44,207 nucleotides of DNA from a virus (Duplodnaviria > Caudoviricetes), in IMG/VR virus record IMGVR_UViG_3300023214_000447, positions 1 through 44,207 of that record; one strand, written 5' to 3'. Both the position numbers and the translations under genes were made by a program. Positions 1-8,172 of the stretch are shown here, piece after piece. The notes below the pieces were generated by a model. That model made no database searches. It was not told the DNA's origin and saw nothing but the letters and a program-made list of their open reading frames with translations. Every line of letters begins with the position of its first letter. Positions within the stretch are counted from its first letter, which is position 1.

Positions 1-127
1 CCAGGATGCCCGGACCGGGCAGATTCTTTGGATGGGGGCCATCGGGACCAACAACCGTCGGAAAAATGGCGTGTTGTACGGCATTTCCCAATCCATTACC
101 AGCTAATTGATGTTCCATAGGGAACAC
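1..127. repeat. Exact 127-bp repeat of 41220-41346 (left anchor of duplicated cassette)
   Basis: Base-by-base identity up to GGAACAC, then G128 vs A41347. Confidence 0.95.
2..106 (+). CDS. 3' end of major capsid protein gene (partial)
   Basis: Reads QDARTGQILWMGAIGTNNRRKNGVLYGISQSITS*, identical to C-terminus of 40144..41325. Confidence 0.9.
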   Translation, partial: QDARTGQILWMGAIGTNNRRKNGVLYGISQSITS

Positions 128-145
128 GAATAAAGGAGTGTACAC

Positions 146-622
146 ATGTTATTCCAACGAGTGAACCGAACCGACCCGGAACGGGTGTTTGTGGTCGTCA
201 AGAACAGCTATTCAACCGCCTCCCTCTCGGCCAATCAATGGTGTGGGTGGGATGTGGTGACGGATGAAGATGGTGTGTCCGTGACAAAAATTAGCGGGCT
301 CATCCGCAACGCCGTGGCTGGCGTGGCTGTTGAAACCATTGCCCATAACGATTATGGGCTGATTCAGGTGTGGGGCTACCGGAATGGAGCCAGAATGTCT
401 GGTGGGTCAGGCTTGGACTCATCAAAGATTACAGAGGGTTCCTTCTTGTACGTCAAGACCTCTGGATTTGCGGCATACGCCAAACCATTTTTGGCAAGTG
501 CGGCAACCATTCCGATGTTTGAAGTTGATAAGATTGCCGTGGCGATGTCGCCGGCTAATACAGCGGCCAAGGCGACGAGTGCCACAACCTGGGTGGGTCA
601 ATGTTTCTTGAAGTGTCTCTAA
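146..622 (+). CDS. Putative capsid cement/decoration protein, allele A
   Basis: Directly after MCP, SD AAGGAG, AGVAVETIA..DYGLIQVWG motif typical of cement-like proteins; about 128/158 identical to 41365..41841. Confidence 0.65.
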   Translation: MLFQRVNRTDPERVFVVVKNSYSTASLSANQWCGWDVVTDEDGVSVTKISGLIRNAVAGVAVETIAHNDYGLIQVWGYRNGARMSGGSGLDSSKITEGSFLYVKTSGFAAYAKPFLASAATIPMFEVDKIAVAMSPANTAAKATSATTWVGQCFLKCL

Positions 623-623
623 C

Positions 624-971
624 ATGAAGCCGAGACCGTCAACATGGCAAGAGAAGCGCCGCTGGTGGGAAACCCACTGGCGGCGTTGCCAGGACATTTT
701 TGTTCCTGATGGCCCACAAGGAGCCCCACGATATTTTCGATGCGCACAAGCGGCCTGCAATCGACTTGTCACCTACGGCATGATTCATCAGGGCGGCTGT
801 AGTTGCGGGTCGCGCAAGGTGATGGGCTGTCGCAACCTGACATTGAGTGAGGCCTGTCTTCTGAAATTAGGATGGTTTCCGCTTGCAGAATGGGAGGTTC
901 GTGACATCCGACCGATTGGATCAACGCTTTGCCTTGCCGTTCGCCCAATGCTATTTCGGCTATTCGGATGA
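624..971 (+). CDS. Cys-rich putative Zn-binding protein, allele A
   Basis: CAQAAC and CSCGS motifs; conserved homolog at 41841..42188. Confidence 0.75.
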   Translation: MKPRPSTWQEKRRWWETHWRRCQDIFVPDGPQGAPRYFRCAQAACNRLVTYGMIHQGGCSCGSRKVMGCRNLTLSEACLLKLGWFPLAEWEVRDIRPIGSTLCLAVRPMLFRLFG

Positions 972-1110
972 GACGTTGGCCCAGGTGGCCGGACGACGTG
1001 GCAAGGAGCAATTCAACAACGTCCAGCCTATGAACGATGGATCTCGGACCATGCCATTGTCCGGTATCGCCATCATGTGGACTGGCTGGAAAAACCTCAA
1101 TCCGTATTAA
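951..1110 (+). pseudogene. Internally deleted remnant of the methyltransferase that is intact at 42103..42831
   Basis: 951-1002 matches sequence ending at 42219 and 1003-1100 matches 42683-42780; 463 bp missing and frame lost. Confidence 0.9.
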
Positions 1111-1119
1111 GGAGACTGT

Positions 1120-2535
1120 ATGCCGTTTCCAAAGCTCTGGCCCAAGCCTCGCCCGCATCCTGAGGCAGAGACAAAGAACCTGAAAGTACTCATTGGCATT
1201 GCTGGATTTCATGGCGTGGTCCCGGAAGCGCAAGAGGATTTTTTTCAGATGGCGTATCGCATTGGGAAAGATCTGACTCATGTGGACCTCTATCTCAAAA
1301 TCATCGTCAAGCGGGAACAATTCCGGGCTCGCAATAATCTGGTTGATTTGGCCGTCATCAACAACATGGACTATTTGCTCATGCTGGACGATGACATGAT
1401 TATTCCGCCGAATTTACTCAGTCGCCTCATGGCACACGAAAAGGATGTCTGTGGGGCACTCTACTATCAACGCGGGGGCTCCTATCATCCTGTGTTGATG
1501 AAGCGAAAAACCGGCAAGGACGGGCTCGATGGCATTGATTTTCTCAATGCGCACGATCCCATTATTCAGAATCCCGGCCTGCATCGCTTGAAGGATGGCG
1601 TGCTGGGCGGTGGCTGTATGCTCATCCATCGACGGGTGTTGGAAAAATTGCCGCAACCGGCGTTTTGGGTGGATGGGATTGTCGGAACCGATGTCCATTT
1701 CTGCCAGCAAGTGCAGGCCGAAGGGTTTGAGGTGTGGGTGGATACGTCTCTCGAATTAGGGCACGTCGGGGGAGCCGTCATTATTACCTCACGGACGATT
1801 CCCCAAAGTTCGAAGGCCTTAGGGAGATTGAATGAGCAACTGGTGGAAGACCTGCAAAAGTATTATGTCGTGGATTCCATGGAATTAGAGAGCATGATGT
1901 CCAAGGCCTCGTCGAAAGAGGCGAGAAAGGACCATTGGATTTCAAAACCTCGTGATACATGGGAAGCCGTCAGGGAATATTATGAGGATGACGACCAATG
2001 GCCGATCTTGAATCTGGCGCGGTTTAATGTGTGCTACGATGAAGCGCGGGCCTGGAGCATCAATGAATTGCCGAAGCTGCTTAAACCGGGTGATCGGGTC
2101 ATTGATTACGGGTGTGGGATTGGATATACGTCTCTTGCCTTGGCGCAGCAAGGGTTTGTCGTGGATGCGCTCGACTTAGACAAAAGCCAAACGCTGAAAT
2201 TTCTGCGTTGGCGGGTCCAGCGGCATCACCTGACAGAGAACGTGCAGCTTCATGGATTTGAAGATCCTGTACCACAGGATATGGGTGTGCAGGCCCAAGC
2301 GGTGCTGATGATTAGCGTCATTGACCATTCCTGGGACCCCTATGGAGCCATTGCGTGGGCGTATCGCCATCTGGAGCCAGGAGGGTATTTGGTCTGCGAT
2401 ACCTGGCGTACCATTCCGAATGAAGATGAGCCTCAGCATCTGGTCAAGTTTGACACGCACAAATTCCTCTCCTATATGCGTTCGCAGGGATGGCGAGAAT
2501 TGCCAGACAATCCCTTCCTCTTTCAAAAGGAGTAA
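1120..2535 (+). CDS. GT2 (GT-A) glycosyltransferase fused to class I SAM methyltransferase, allele A
   Basis: ARN...MLDDD (DXD), GGGCMLI, TDVHFC, LGHVG; C-terminal VIDYGCGIG and HLEPGGYL; SD AAGGAG. Confidence 0.9.
   Translation: MPFPKLWPKPRPHPEAETKNLKVLIGIAGFHGVVPEAQEDFFQMAYRIGKDLTHVDLYLKIIVKREQFRARNNLVDLAVINNMDYLLMLDDDMIIPPNLLSRLMAHEKDVCGALYYQRGGSYHPVLMKRKTGKDGLDGIDFLNAHDPIIQNPGLHRLKDGVLGGGCMLIHRRVLEKLPQPAFWVDGIVGTDVHFCQQVQAEGFEVWVDTSLELGHVGGAVIITSRTIPQSSKALGRLNEQLVEDLQKYYVVDSMELESMMSKASSKEARKDHWISKPRDTWEAVREYYEDDDQWPILNLARFNVCYDEARAWSINELPKLLKPGDRVIDYGCGIGYTSLALAQQGFVVDALDLDKSQTLKFLRWRVQRHHLTENVQLHGFEDPVPQDMGVQAQAVLMISVIDHSWDPYGAIAWAYRHLEPGGYLVCDTWRTIPNEDEPQHLVKFDTHKFLSYMRSQGWRELPDNPFLFQKE
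2456..2521. repeat. Exact 66-bp repeat of 44142-44207 (right anchor of duplicated cassette)
   Basis: CGCACAAATTCC...CCCTTCCTCT identical in both places. Confidence 0.95.
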
Positions 2536-2538
2536 ACC

Positions 2539-2823
2539 ATGGGCTATGCCTCAGAAAATCTATTTCGTACCCTCATTCTCCAACGTGGGAAAAAATCCGG
2601 TCGTGAGGTGTACGTTGTGCATCCGATGATGCGGGTGAGAACGGATGTGGGAGAGAGTTACATGGAGCCGGTTCCCTATGAATTCTTTGTACAGGGTTCG
2701 AAGGATCGGTACTTCTTTGATGAAATTGAAGTGATTGATCCGCCAGGGGATACGCGGGATGACACGGCCGGGGAAGTGCATTTGAATAAATTTGCCGCCG
2801 ATTATGCGGTGAGGCGTACCTAA
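2539..2823 (+). CDS. Hypothetical protein (structural module)
   Basis: SD AAGGAG, tightly packed ORF. Confidence 0.7.
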   Translation: MGYASENLFRTLILQRGKKSGREVYVVHPMMRVRTDVGESYMEPVPYEFFVQGSKDRYFFDEIEVIDPPGDTRDDTAGEVHLNKFAADYAVRRT

Positions 2824-3126
2824 ATGGCCATTAAGTCCCACGACCTGATTGTCAATGTCGGGCCGATTGTCTTGGAGGTGCAGGGGGATGCGTTCATTGA
2901 AGGGTGCCGCATTCACTCCATCGTTTGGGAAGGGTCGACATCAGCCGGGGATACGATTGAATTGCGCCATCGTGACGTGAATACGCTGCTCTGGCGCGGG
3001 CGGGCCACCGATACCAATACCTATCTCGGGATTACCTTTGGCTCCCCCGGCCATCATTGTCCGTTCGGGTTTTATCTGAATGTGGTGGATAATGGCACGG
3101 TCTCTGTCTATCTCACAGAGGATTAA
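2824..3126 (+). CDS. Hypothetical beta-rich virion-associated protein
   Basis: Start abuts previous stop; small beta-strand-rich sequence. Confidence 0.7.
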   Translation: MAIKSHDLIVNVGPIVLEVQGDAFIEGCRIHSIVWEGSTSAGDTIELRHRDVNTLLWRGRATDTNTYLGITFGSPGHHCPFGFYLNVVDNGTVSVYLTED

Positions 3127-3283
3127 CCTGGCCTGGCAGGTACTCGCCTATGGCGTGTTACCTGAACCGAAGCTGCCTCCCATGCCTACACCCATTATGA
3201 ATGGGGTCACCCCACCACACAGGCCGGTTCGGCCTGCCGTCCACTTCACCAAAAACTTTCGACAAGTCAAGAGGGCATCATGA
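3092..3283 (+). CDS. Hypothetical small protein
   Basis: Fills gap, ATGA overlap with next gene. Confidence 0.45.
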   Translation: MARSLSISQRINLAWQVLAYGVLPEPKLPPMPTPIMNGVTPPHRPVRPAVHFTKNFRQVKRAS

Positions 3284-3693
3284 TCATTGTGTTTGTTTGC
3301 TTTTTCTTCCTGCCATTGTCAGCGCATGCGATTGAATTTACAGGTACAGGATTGACAGGAACTCTTGAATATACAGAGCCTACGGAGAACGCTGATACTG
3401 ATGGAACGCCATTAGAGGACCTGGATCGGACGGAGTATCGGACGGGCAATGATGTGGATGGCATGGGCGAGTGGGTGGTAGTTCCGGCTACTTCACCAAA
3501 TGGGGGAGGGTTGGTGTCGATTCCTGATGTGACGATTCCCCTACCGGCTGGAGAGGTGGAAACATTGGGAAGAGTTCATGCGAGAGCGTGTGATGACGCC
3601 GGACAGACGGGAGCGAATTCAGAAGATAATTGTTCAGAGATGGCTGAAACGACAGTGGAGATTGATACATTGCCTCCGAAGGTGGTGCAGTAA
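3280..3693 (+). CDS. Acidic FN3/Ig-like protein with predicted Sec signal peptide
   Basis: MIIVFVCFFFLPLSAHA leader with AXA site; YTEPTENADTDGTPLEDL and VHARACDDAG..NCSE resemble FN3-like domains. Confidence 0.65.
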   Translation: MIIVFVCFFFLPLSAHAIEFTGTGLTGTLEYTEPTENADTDGTPLEDLDRTEYRTGNDVDGMGEWVVVPATSPNGGGLVSIPDVTIPLPAGEVETLGRVHARACDDAGQTGANSEDNCSEMAETTVEIDTLPPKVVQ

Positions 3694-3861
3694 TGGCGAC
3701 GCCAACAACGAGTACAGCAAATGTTCTTCGTGAAGCACGTAAACTGCTCAGTCCCCTTGGTCAATTTCAAACCCCGTTTCGCCGTACTGTCGCGGTTGAT
3801 CGGGTCGTTGTGTCATAATTTAGTCTTTGTGCTCGCGTAGGAAGAAAGAAGGAATTACATA

Positions 3862-4218
3862 GTGCCACGTATCTACGAAGCGCTCTGGGTTGCTGAACAC
3901 TGGGACCCGACAGTGAAGAACTCAAAAGGGCAAGAAGTCGGGGGATGGATCTATGATGGGGAATATGTGCATCCGATCTCCGAATCACAGTATCCAGAAC
4001 CAACGACGACCGTTAAATCTCCCAGGGGAGATGATGTGGTGATTACAAATCATAAAGAACCACTCATTAACACACCAACCCGACGAACACGTCTTCCAAA
4101 ACTTCCTCCTCGTGCTGAGAGATGGCGATTGATTGCTCAGGCTGGAGGAACGGGCGTTGATGGGAGACTGGAAATGACGACAGGCAAAAACATTCCACGC
4201 ACACGAGATACCCAATAA
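3862..4218 (+). CDS. Hypothetical protein
   Basis: GTG start after AAGGA; stop abuts next ATG. Confidence 0.6.
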   Translation: MPRIYEALWVAEHWDPTVKNSKGQEVGGWIYDGEYVHPISESQYPEPTTTVKSPRGDDVVITNHKEPLINTPTRRTRLPKLPPRAERWRLIAQAGGTGVDGRLEMTTGKNIPRTRDTQ

Positions 4219-5547
4219 ATGTCACTCGGCAACAATGTCCAAACCGCATCGGGAACGAGTATCGATACCATTACACTGAGTTCGTATACTGTTCCTGTCG
4301 GCTCAAACAAAATCCTGTTTGCTCAATCCGGCAATGAAATTAATGCCACCCAGACCGGGAATACGACTGGTGTGACGTTCGACGGCACAAATAATTTTAG
4401 CGAGCAGGTTTCCCACAATAGACCAGACCAGGCTAGAGGAGAAGTCTGGACGTGGAATGCCGGTGGGAGTACGGATACCGGCGATATTGTATGGACGCTC
4501 GCGGCGGAAGCCGAGCGGTTGCGCGTCTGTGCGCATACCGGGATAGATCTGGCGCAACAGAATGCTGAGGCGACCGAGGTCCATGATGATGTCACCGAAA
4601 ACCCGATCCAGACCACCGTGACCACGATAACCGATAATGCGGAAATTGTAGATTCGTACGGGGATAATAATGGGAACACGATTTCGGTGTCCGAAGGGGC
4701 CTCCGGCCAGACTGAAATGGCCCAGATCGATTTGAGCGGGATGGGCGGGTTTTCCGAAATGACCGGCGGCACCGCCGGCGCTCATACCCTGGGCTGGAAC
4801 TCGGATGGCAATCAACAGGTGCACGTGGTGGCTGCGTTTGAAGTGGCGGCGGCAGGCGGTGGGACGCTAGATGTGGACCTTAGCGATGCGGTGACGGTGA
4901 CGGAAAATATCACGGTTCTCCTCCCGGTTTTACTGCCTAGTGTCTCAGATACGATTACGATTGCTGAAGCCATTATCGTGAGAGCCCACCTCAATGCCGT
5001 CGTGAACGATGAAGTGACGGTGGCTGAGGATGTGACCGTTCGAGCGCATTTAAATATGAATGTGTCGGAGAGTGTGAGTGTCGATGAAGATGTCACCGTG
5101 CTCTTGCCGGCCCTCACACCTTCGGTATTTGATGCGATTTCCGTTGCAGAAGATGTCACAGTGGTGTTGGTCGATAAGCTGCATGAGATTGATGTGGCGG
5201 ATACGGTTTCTGTCAGTGAAAGCGTGACGGTCCTGTTGCCTCTTTTATTGCCGAATGTGAACGATGAAGTTTCGGTCGCTGAAGAAGTCACGGTCCGGGC
5301 ACATGTGAATTTGGATGTCTCGGAATCTGTCACCGTCGAGGAATCGACTTCCGTCCTGTTGCCCTTTCTGGGGATTGAGGTGGAAGAGACCGTAACCGTG
5401 AGTGAGGGCGTCACCGTTGAATTTGCGGTGGATGTCCGGGAATTAGACCTTGCGGATACAGTTAGTGTCAGTGAAGGCGTGTCAGTGGTTTTGGTGACGG
5501 GTGGAACCTTCCGGCGGAATCTCTTGACGATGGGGGTGGGAGCATGA
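4219..5547 (+). CDS. Putative fibre/spike protein: N-terminal globular domain plus Val/Asp/Glu-rich repeat stalk
   Basis: About ten 19-23-aa repeats of V-S/N-D/E-x-V-x-V-x-E-x-V-T-V after an AAAGGG linker. Confidence 0.7.
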   Translation: MSLGNNVQTASGTSIDTITLSSYTVPVGSNKILFAQSGNEINATQTGNTTGVTFDGTNNFSEQVSHNRPDQARGEVWTWNAGGSTDTGDIVWTLAAEAERLRVCAHTGIDLAQQNAEATEVHDDVTENPIQTTVTTITDNAEIVDSYGDNNGNTISVSEGASGQTEMAQIDLSGMGGFSEMTGGTAGAHTLGWNSDGNQQVHVVAAFEVAAAGGGTLDVDLSDAVTVTENITVLLPVLLPSVSDTITIAEAIIVRAHLNAVVNDEVTVAEDVTVRAHLNMNVSESVSVDEDVTVLLPALTPSVFDAISVAEDVTVVLVDKLHEIDVADTVSVSESVTVLLPLLLPNVNDEVSVAEEVTVRAHVNLDVSESVTVEESTSVLLPFLGIEVEETVTVSEGVTVEFAVDVRELDLADTVSVSEGVSVVLVTGGTFRRNLLTMGVGA

Positions 5548-5786
5548 AGCAACGATCCGTGAAGCATGTCGATGTTGGCATTATGGATGGGAAAATCGGT
5601 CTGCGGTTTTACTACGAGAATGATGATCCTCAAGTCTTTTCGTTTGATGAAAAGACCTGGAGTGCGATTGTAGCGCATGGCAATAAAATTCAGCGAGACC
5701 TTGAATATATTCGTCAGCAAACAGAACCGGGTGACAGCATCAACGTGCAGGATTCATGTCAGGTGAAATTGCGAGGAGGAGAGTAA
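5544..5786 (+). CDS. Hypothetical protein
   Basis: ATGA overlap, SD GGAG. Confidence 0.6.
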   Translation: MKQRSVKHVDVGIMDGKIGLRFYYENDDPQVFSFDEKTWSAIVAHGNKIQRDLEYIRQQTEPGDSINVQDSCQVKLRGGE

Positions 5787-5788
5787 TC

Positions 5789-6280
5789 ATGGGACGAAAA
5801 CGGTCACGACCATCCGATCACATCAACATTCGCGGATTTTTCCGTGTGCAGATTACCGAGGACGGGCAGGTGAAAGGTGATACCGGGTGGAGACCCAATC
5901 AAGTGGTCAATCTGGGATTCAGTCATTATTTGGTCGATTTGTTAGGCCAGGGAGCCAACTCCAAACAAATCAGTCGGGTGGTGTTAGGCAATGGAACGGA
6001 ACCGGGGGCCACTGATACCTCTATTGAGTCTGAACACAACACCGCCACCTATACGAGAACCACGGTCTCCTTCTCCAATGAATCGTCCAAAACGTCGAGG
6101 TTTACCGCCACCTTTGCCAGTTCTGATAGCCACATTACGGCAGCGAGTTCCATTCGGAATGTGGGGATTATCAACAATACGACGAGCGCGGGCACCATTA
6201 TGGCCGGAAATACGTTTACCCAAAGTGCATGGAATACCAACCAGGATATTAATGTGACCTATGAAATCCGATTTAGCTAA
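5789..6280 (+). CDS. Putative fibre base/collar-type virion protein
   Basis: NQVVNLG...LGNGTEPGATDTSI...INVTYEIRF pattern seen in fibre-anchoring proteins; SD GAGGAG. Confidence 0.6.
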   Translation: MGRKRSRPSDHINIRGFFRVQITEDGQVKGDTGWRPNQVVNLGFSHYLVDLLGQGANSKQISRVVLGNGTEPGATDTSIESEHNTATYTRTTVSFSNESSKTSRFTATFASSDSHITAASSIRNVGIINNTTSAGTIMAGNTFTQSAWNTNQDINVTYEIRFS

Positions 6281-6731
6281 GAAAAGCCAGTTGTGGTTGG
6301 ATGTGGGATGCGGAGGGAACAAGCAACCCCATTGCATTGGCATGGACAAACGGAAACTGGATGGCGTGGATTACGTCCATGATTGCGAACGCATTCCATG
6401 GCCCTTCAAGGATGAGCAGTTTACCAATGTGATCATGTCACACCTCATGGAGCACCTGAAGCCCTGGTTGGTGATTGATATTGTCAATGAGGTCTGGCGC
6501 ATTCTCAAACCGGATGGCACCTTTATGATTGCGATGCCCTATGCCGGATCGTTCGGCTTTTACCAGGACCCCACGCATGTGAAAGCCTGGAATGAGGCCA
6601 CCTGTCGATACTTTGATCCCAACTTTTCGTTGTATCAGATTTATCAACCTTCACCATGGAAGATTGACATTAATACATGGCACAGCGACGGAAACCTCGA
6701 AGTCGTCCTACGAAAGCGCAGTACTGGCTAA
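6261..6731 (+). CDS. Class I SAM-dependent methyltransferase-like protein (type 11-like)
   Basis: LDVGCGG, SHLMEHL, EVWRILKPDG, DPTH motifs. Confidence 0.85.
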   Translation: MKSDLAKKSQLWLDVGCGGNKQPHCIGMDKRKLDGVDYVHDCERIPWPFKDEQFTNVIMSHLMEHLKPWLVIDIVNEVWRILKPDGTFMIAMPYAGSFGFYQDPTHVKAWNEATCRYFDPNFSLYQIYQPSPWKIDINTWHSDGNLEVVLRKRSTG

Positions 6732-7492
6732 GCCTGCTCCAGCAAGCCAATCATTTAGTCCATAAACGGATTCTGATTGGCATTCCTATGACGGGCACCA
6801 TTCGGAGTGAATGGGCGATGGCGCGGTATGGACAAATTATCCCCTGCAACTGGTCTCATTCCGACTGTGTTCAGTTTCTCAATCAGTTCGCGCCGATTGG
6901 CTATGCTGTGGCAGAAGCTCGCAATATTGTCGTGCAGGCCGCATTGGATGGAGGGTTTGAGTGGCTCTTCTTTATTGACCATGACGTGATTTTGCCACCG
7001 GACACGTTCGTGAAGATAAATCAATACATGATTGATGCGAAATATCCAGTCGTCTGCGGGCTCTATTTTGCCAAGTGCAATCCCCCGGAACCCTTGATTT
7101 ATCGTGGTCGCGGCAACGGACATTTTAAGAACTTTCAGTTAGGCCACCCTGTCTGGGTCGATGGCATTCCCATGGGTTGCACCCTCATTCATCGGTCCGT
7201 GCTTGAAGCGATGGCGAAAGATGCCCCCACATATATGGCGGCAGGGGAACATAAATGCAAGCAAGTCTTTGATACCCCAGAACACGTCTTTATTGACCCT
7301 GAAAAACGGTCAGTCAATACCGTGACCGGGACGGAAGATTTAGCGTGGTGCAATCGTGTTATTGCCGGAAAATATTTGCACAAGGCGGGCTGGCCGGCAG
7401 TGGCGAAAAAGAAATATCCGTTTTTGTGCGATACGAGTATTTTTTGCCGACATATTACCATGGACGGACAAGTCTATCCGATTGAAGCATGA
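6677..7492 (+). CDS. GT2-like glycosyltransferase
   Basis: ILIGIP, AEARN, FFIDHD (DXD), PMGCTLI, TEDLAWC, CRH motifs. Confidence 0.85.
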   Translation: MAQRRKPRSRPTKAQYWLSLLQQANHLVHKRILIGIPMTGTIRSEWAMARYGQIIPCNWSHSDCVQFLNQFAPIGYAVAEARNIVVQAALDGGFEWLFFIDHDVILPPDTFVKINQYMIDAKYPVVCGLYFAKCNPPEPLIYRGRGNGHFKNFQLGHPVWVDGIPMGCTLIHRSVLEAMAKDAPTYMAAGEHKCKQVFDTPEHVFIDPEKRSVNTVTGTEDLAWCNRVIAGKYLHKAGWPAVAKKKYPFLCDTSIFCRHITMDGQVYPIEA

Positions 7493-8172
7493 ACCAATCC
7501 GGCATTCGCACACGCATCCTCGAAAGCCTCAACGAATCGGCCTCAAGTCCGTCTTTTTGGTCGACCACGCAAGTGGATGAGTACATCAACGAAGGGATGC
7601 AGGTGTTGGCCGAGGAAGCCCATGCCATTAAACGGACGGCGCTGATTTCCTTACAACCGGGGACAACCTATTACGATACGAAGGTCGTGGGCGATGACGT
7701 GATGGCACCCTATCGACTGTGGGTCTATCCGGATGACCGGCGGTTGGATGCCGTGGGGTTTGATCAATTGAATCGCTTTCATCACCAATGGCCGACCGTC
7801 ACAAACGAGCAGCCCAACGTGTGGTTTTCCATCAGTTGGCATGTGTTTGGTATTTGGCCACATCTGACCGCTGGCGAGAAAACCTTGCGTGTCGATTATT
7901 ATGCGTGGCCGCGTGACCTGTTGGATGATAGCGATGAGCCGGAATTTCCCTTGCCGGACCATAACAACCTCGTGCTGTATGGTATTTATCAAGGACTGTT
8001 AAAGAGGTGGAATCTTACTGAGGCCTTGAAGGCGTTTGCCGAATTTGCCAAGGAATTTACCGATGCCTCGGCGCGGGCCGGGGTGCGACGGATTCAACGG
8101 CAACTGTTTCAACGGTCTACACAACCTGGCTTGCGTGTGGATGGTGATGTCGGCAGTTCGGTGCGGATATGA
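7489..8172 (+). CDS. Putative head-tail adaptor protein
   Basis: FWSTTQVDEYINEG N-terminus and DEPEFP..H..LV C-terminus; position. Confidence 0.7.
   Translation: MNQSGIRTRILESLNESASSPSFWSTTQVDEYINEGMQVLAEEAHAIKRTALISLQPGTTYYDTKVVGDDVMAPYRLWVYPDDRRLDAVGFDQLNRFHHQWPTVTNEQPNVWFSISWHVFGIWPHLTAGEKTLRVDYYAWPRDLLDDSDEPEFPLPDHNNLVLYGIYQGLLKRWNLTEALKAFAEFAKEFTDASARAGVRRIQRQLFQRSTQPGLRVDGDVGSSVRI

Noticed and set aside
146-622. Diversity-generating retroelement TR/VR pair explaining the two alleles
   Set aside because: No reverse transcriptase; differences are not adenine-specific and span kilobases.
4812-5720. 302-aa minus-strand Thr/Ser-rich ORF
   Set aside because: Antisense shadow of the Val-rich repeat gene.
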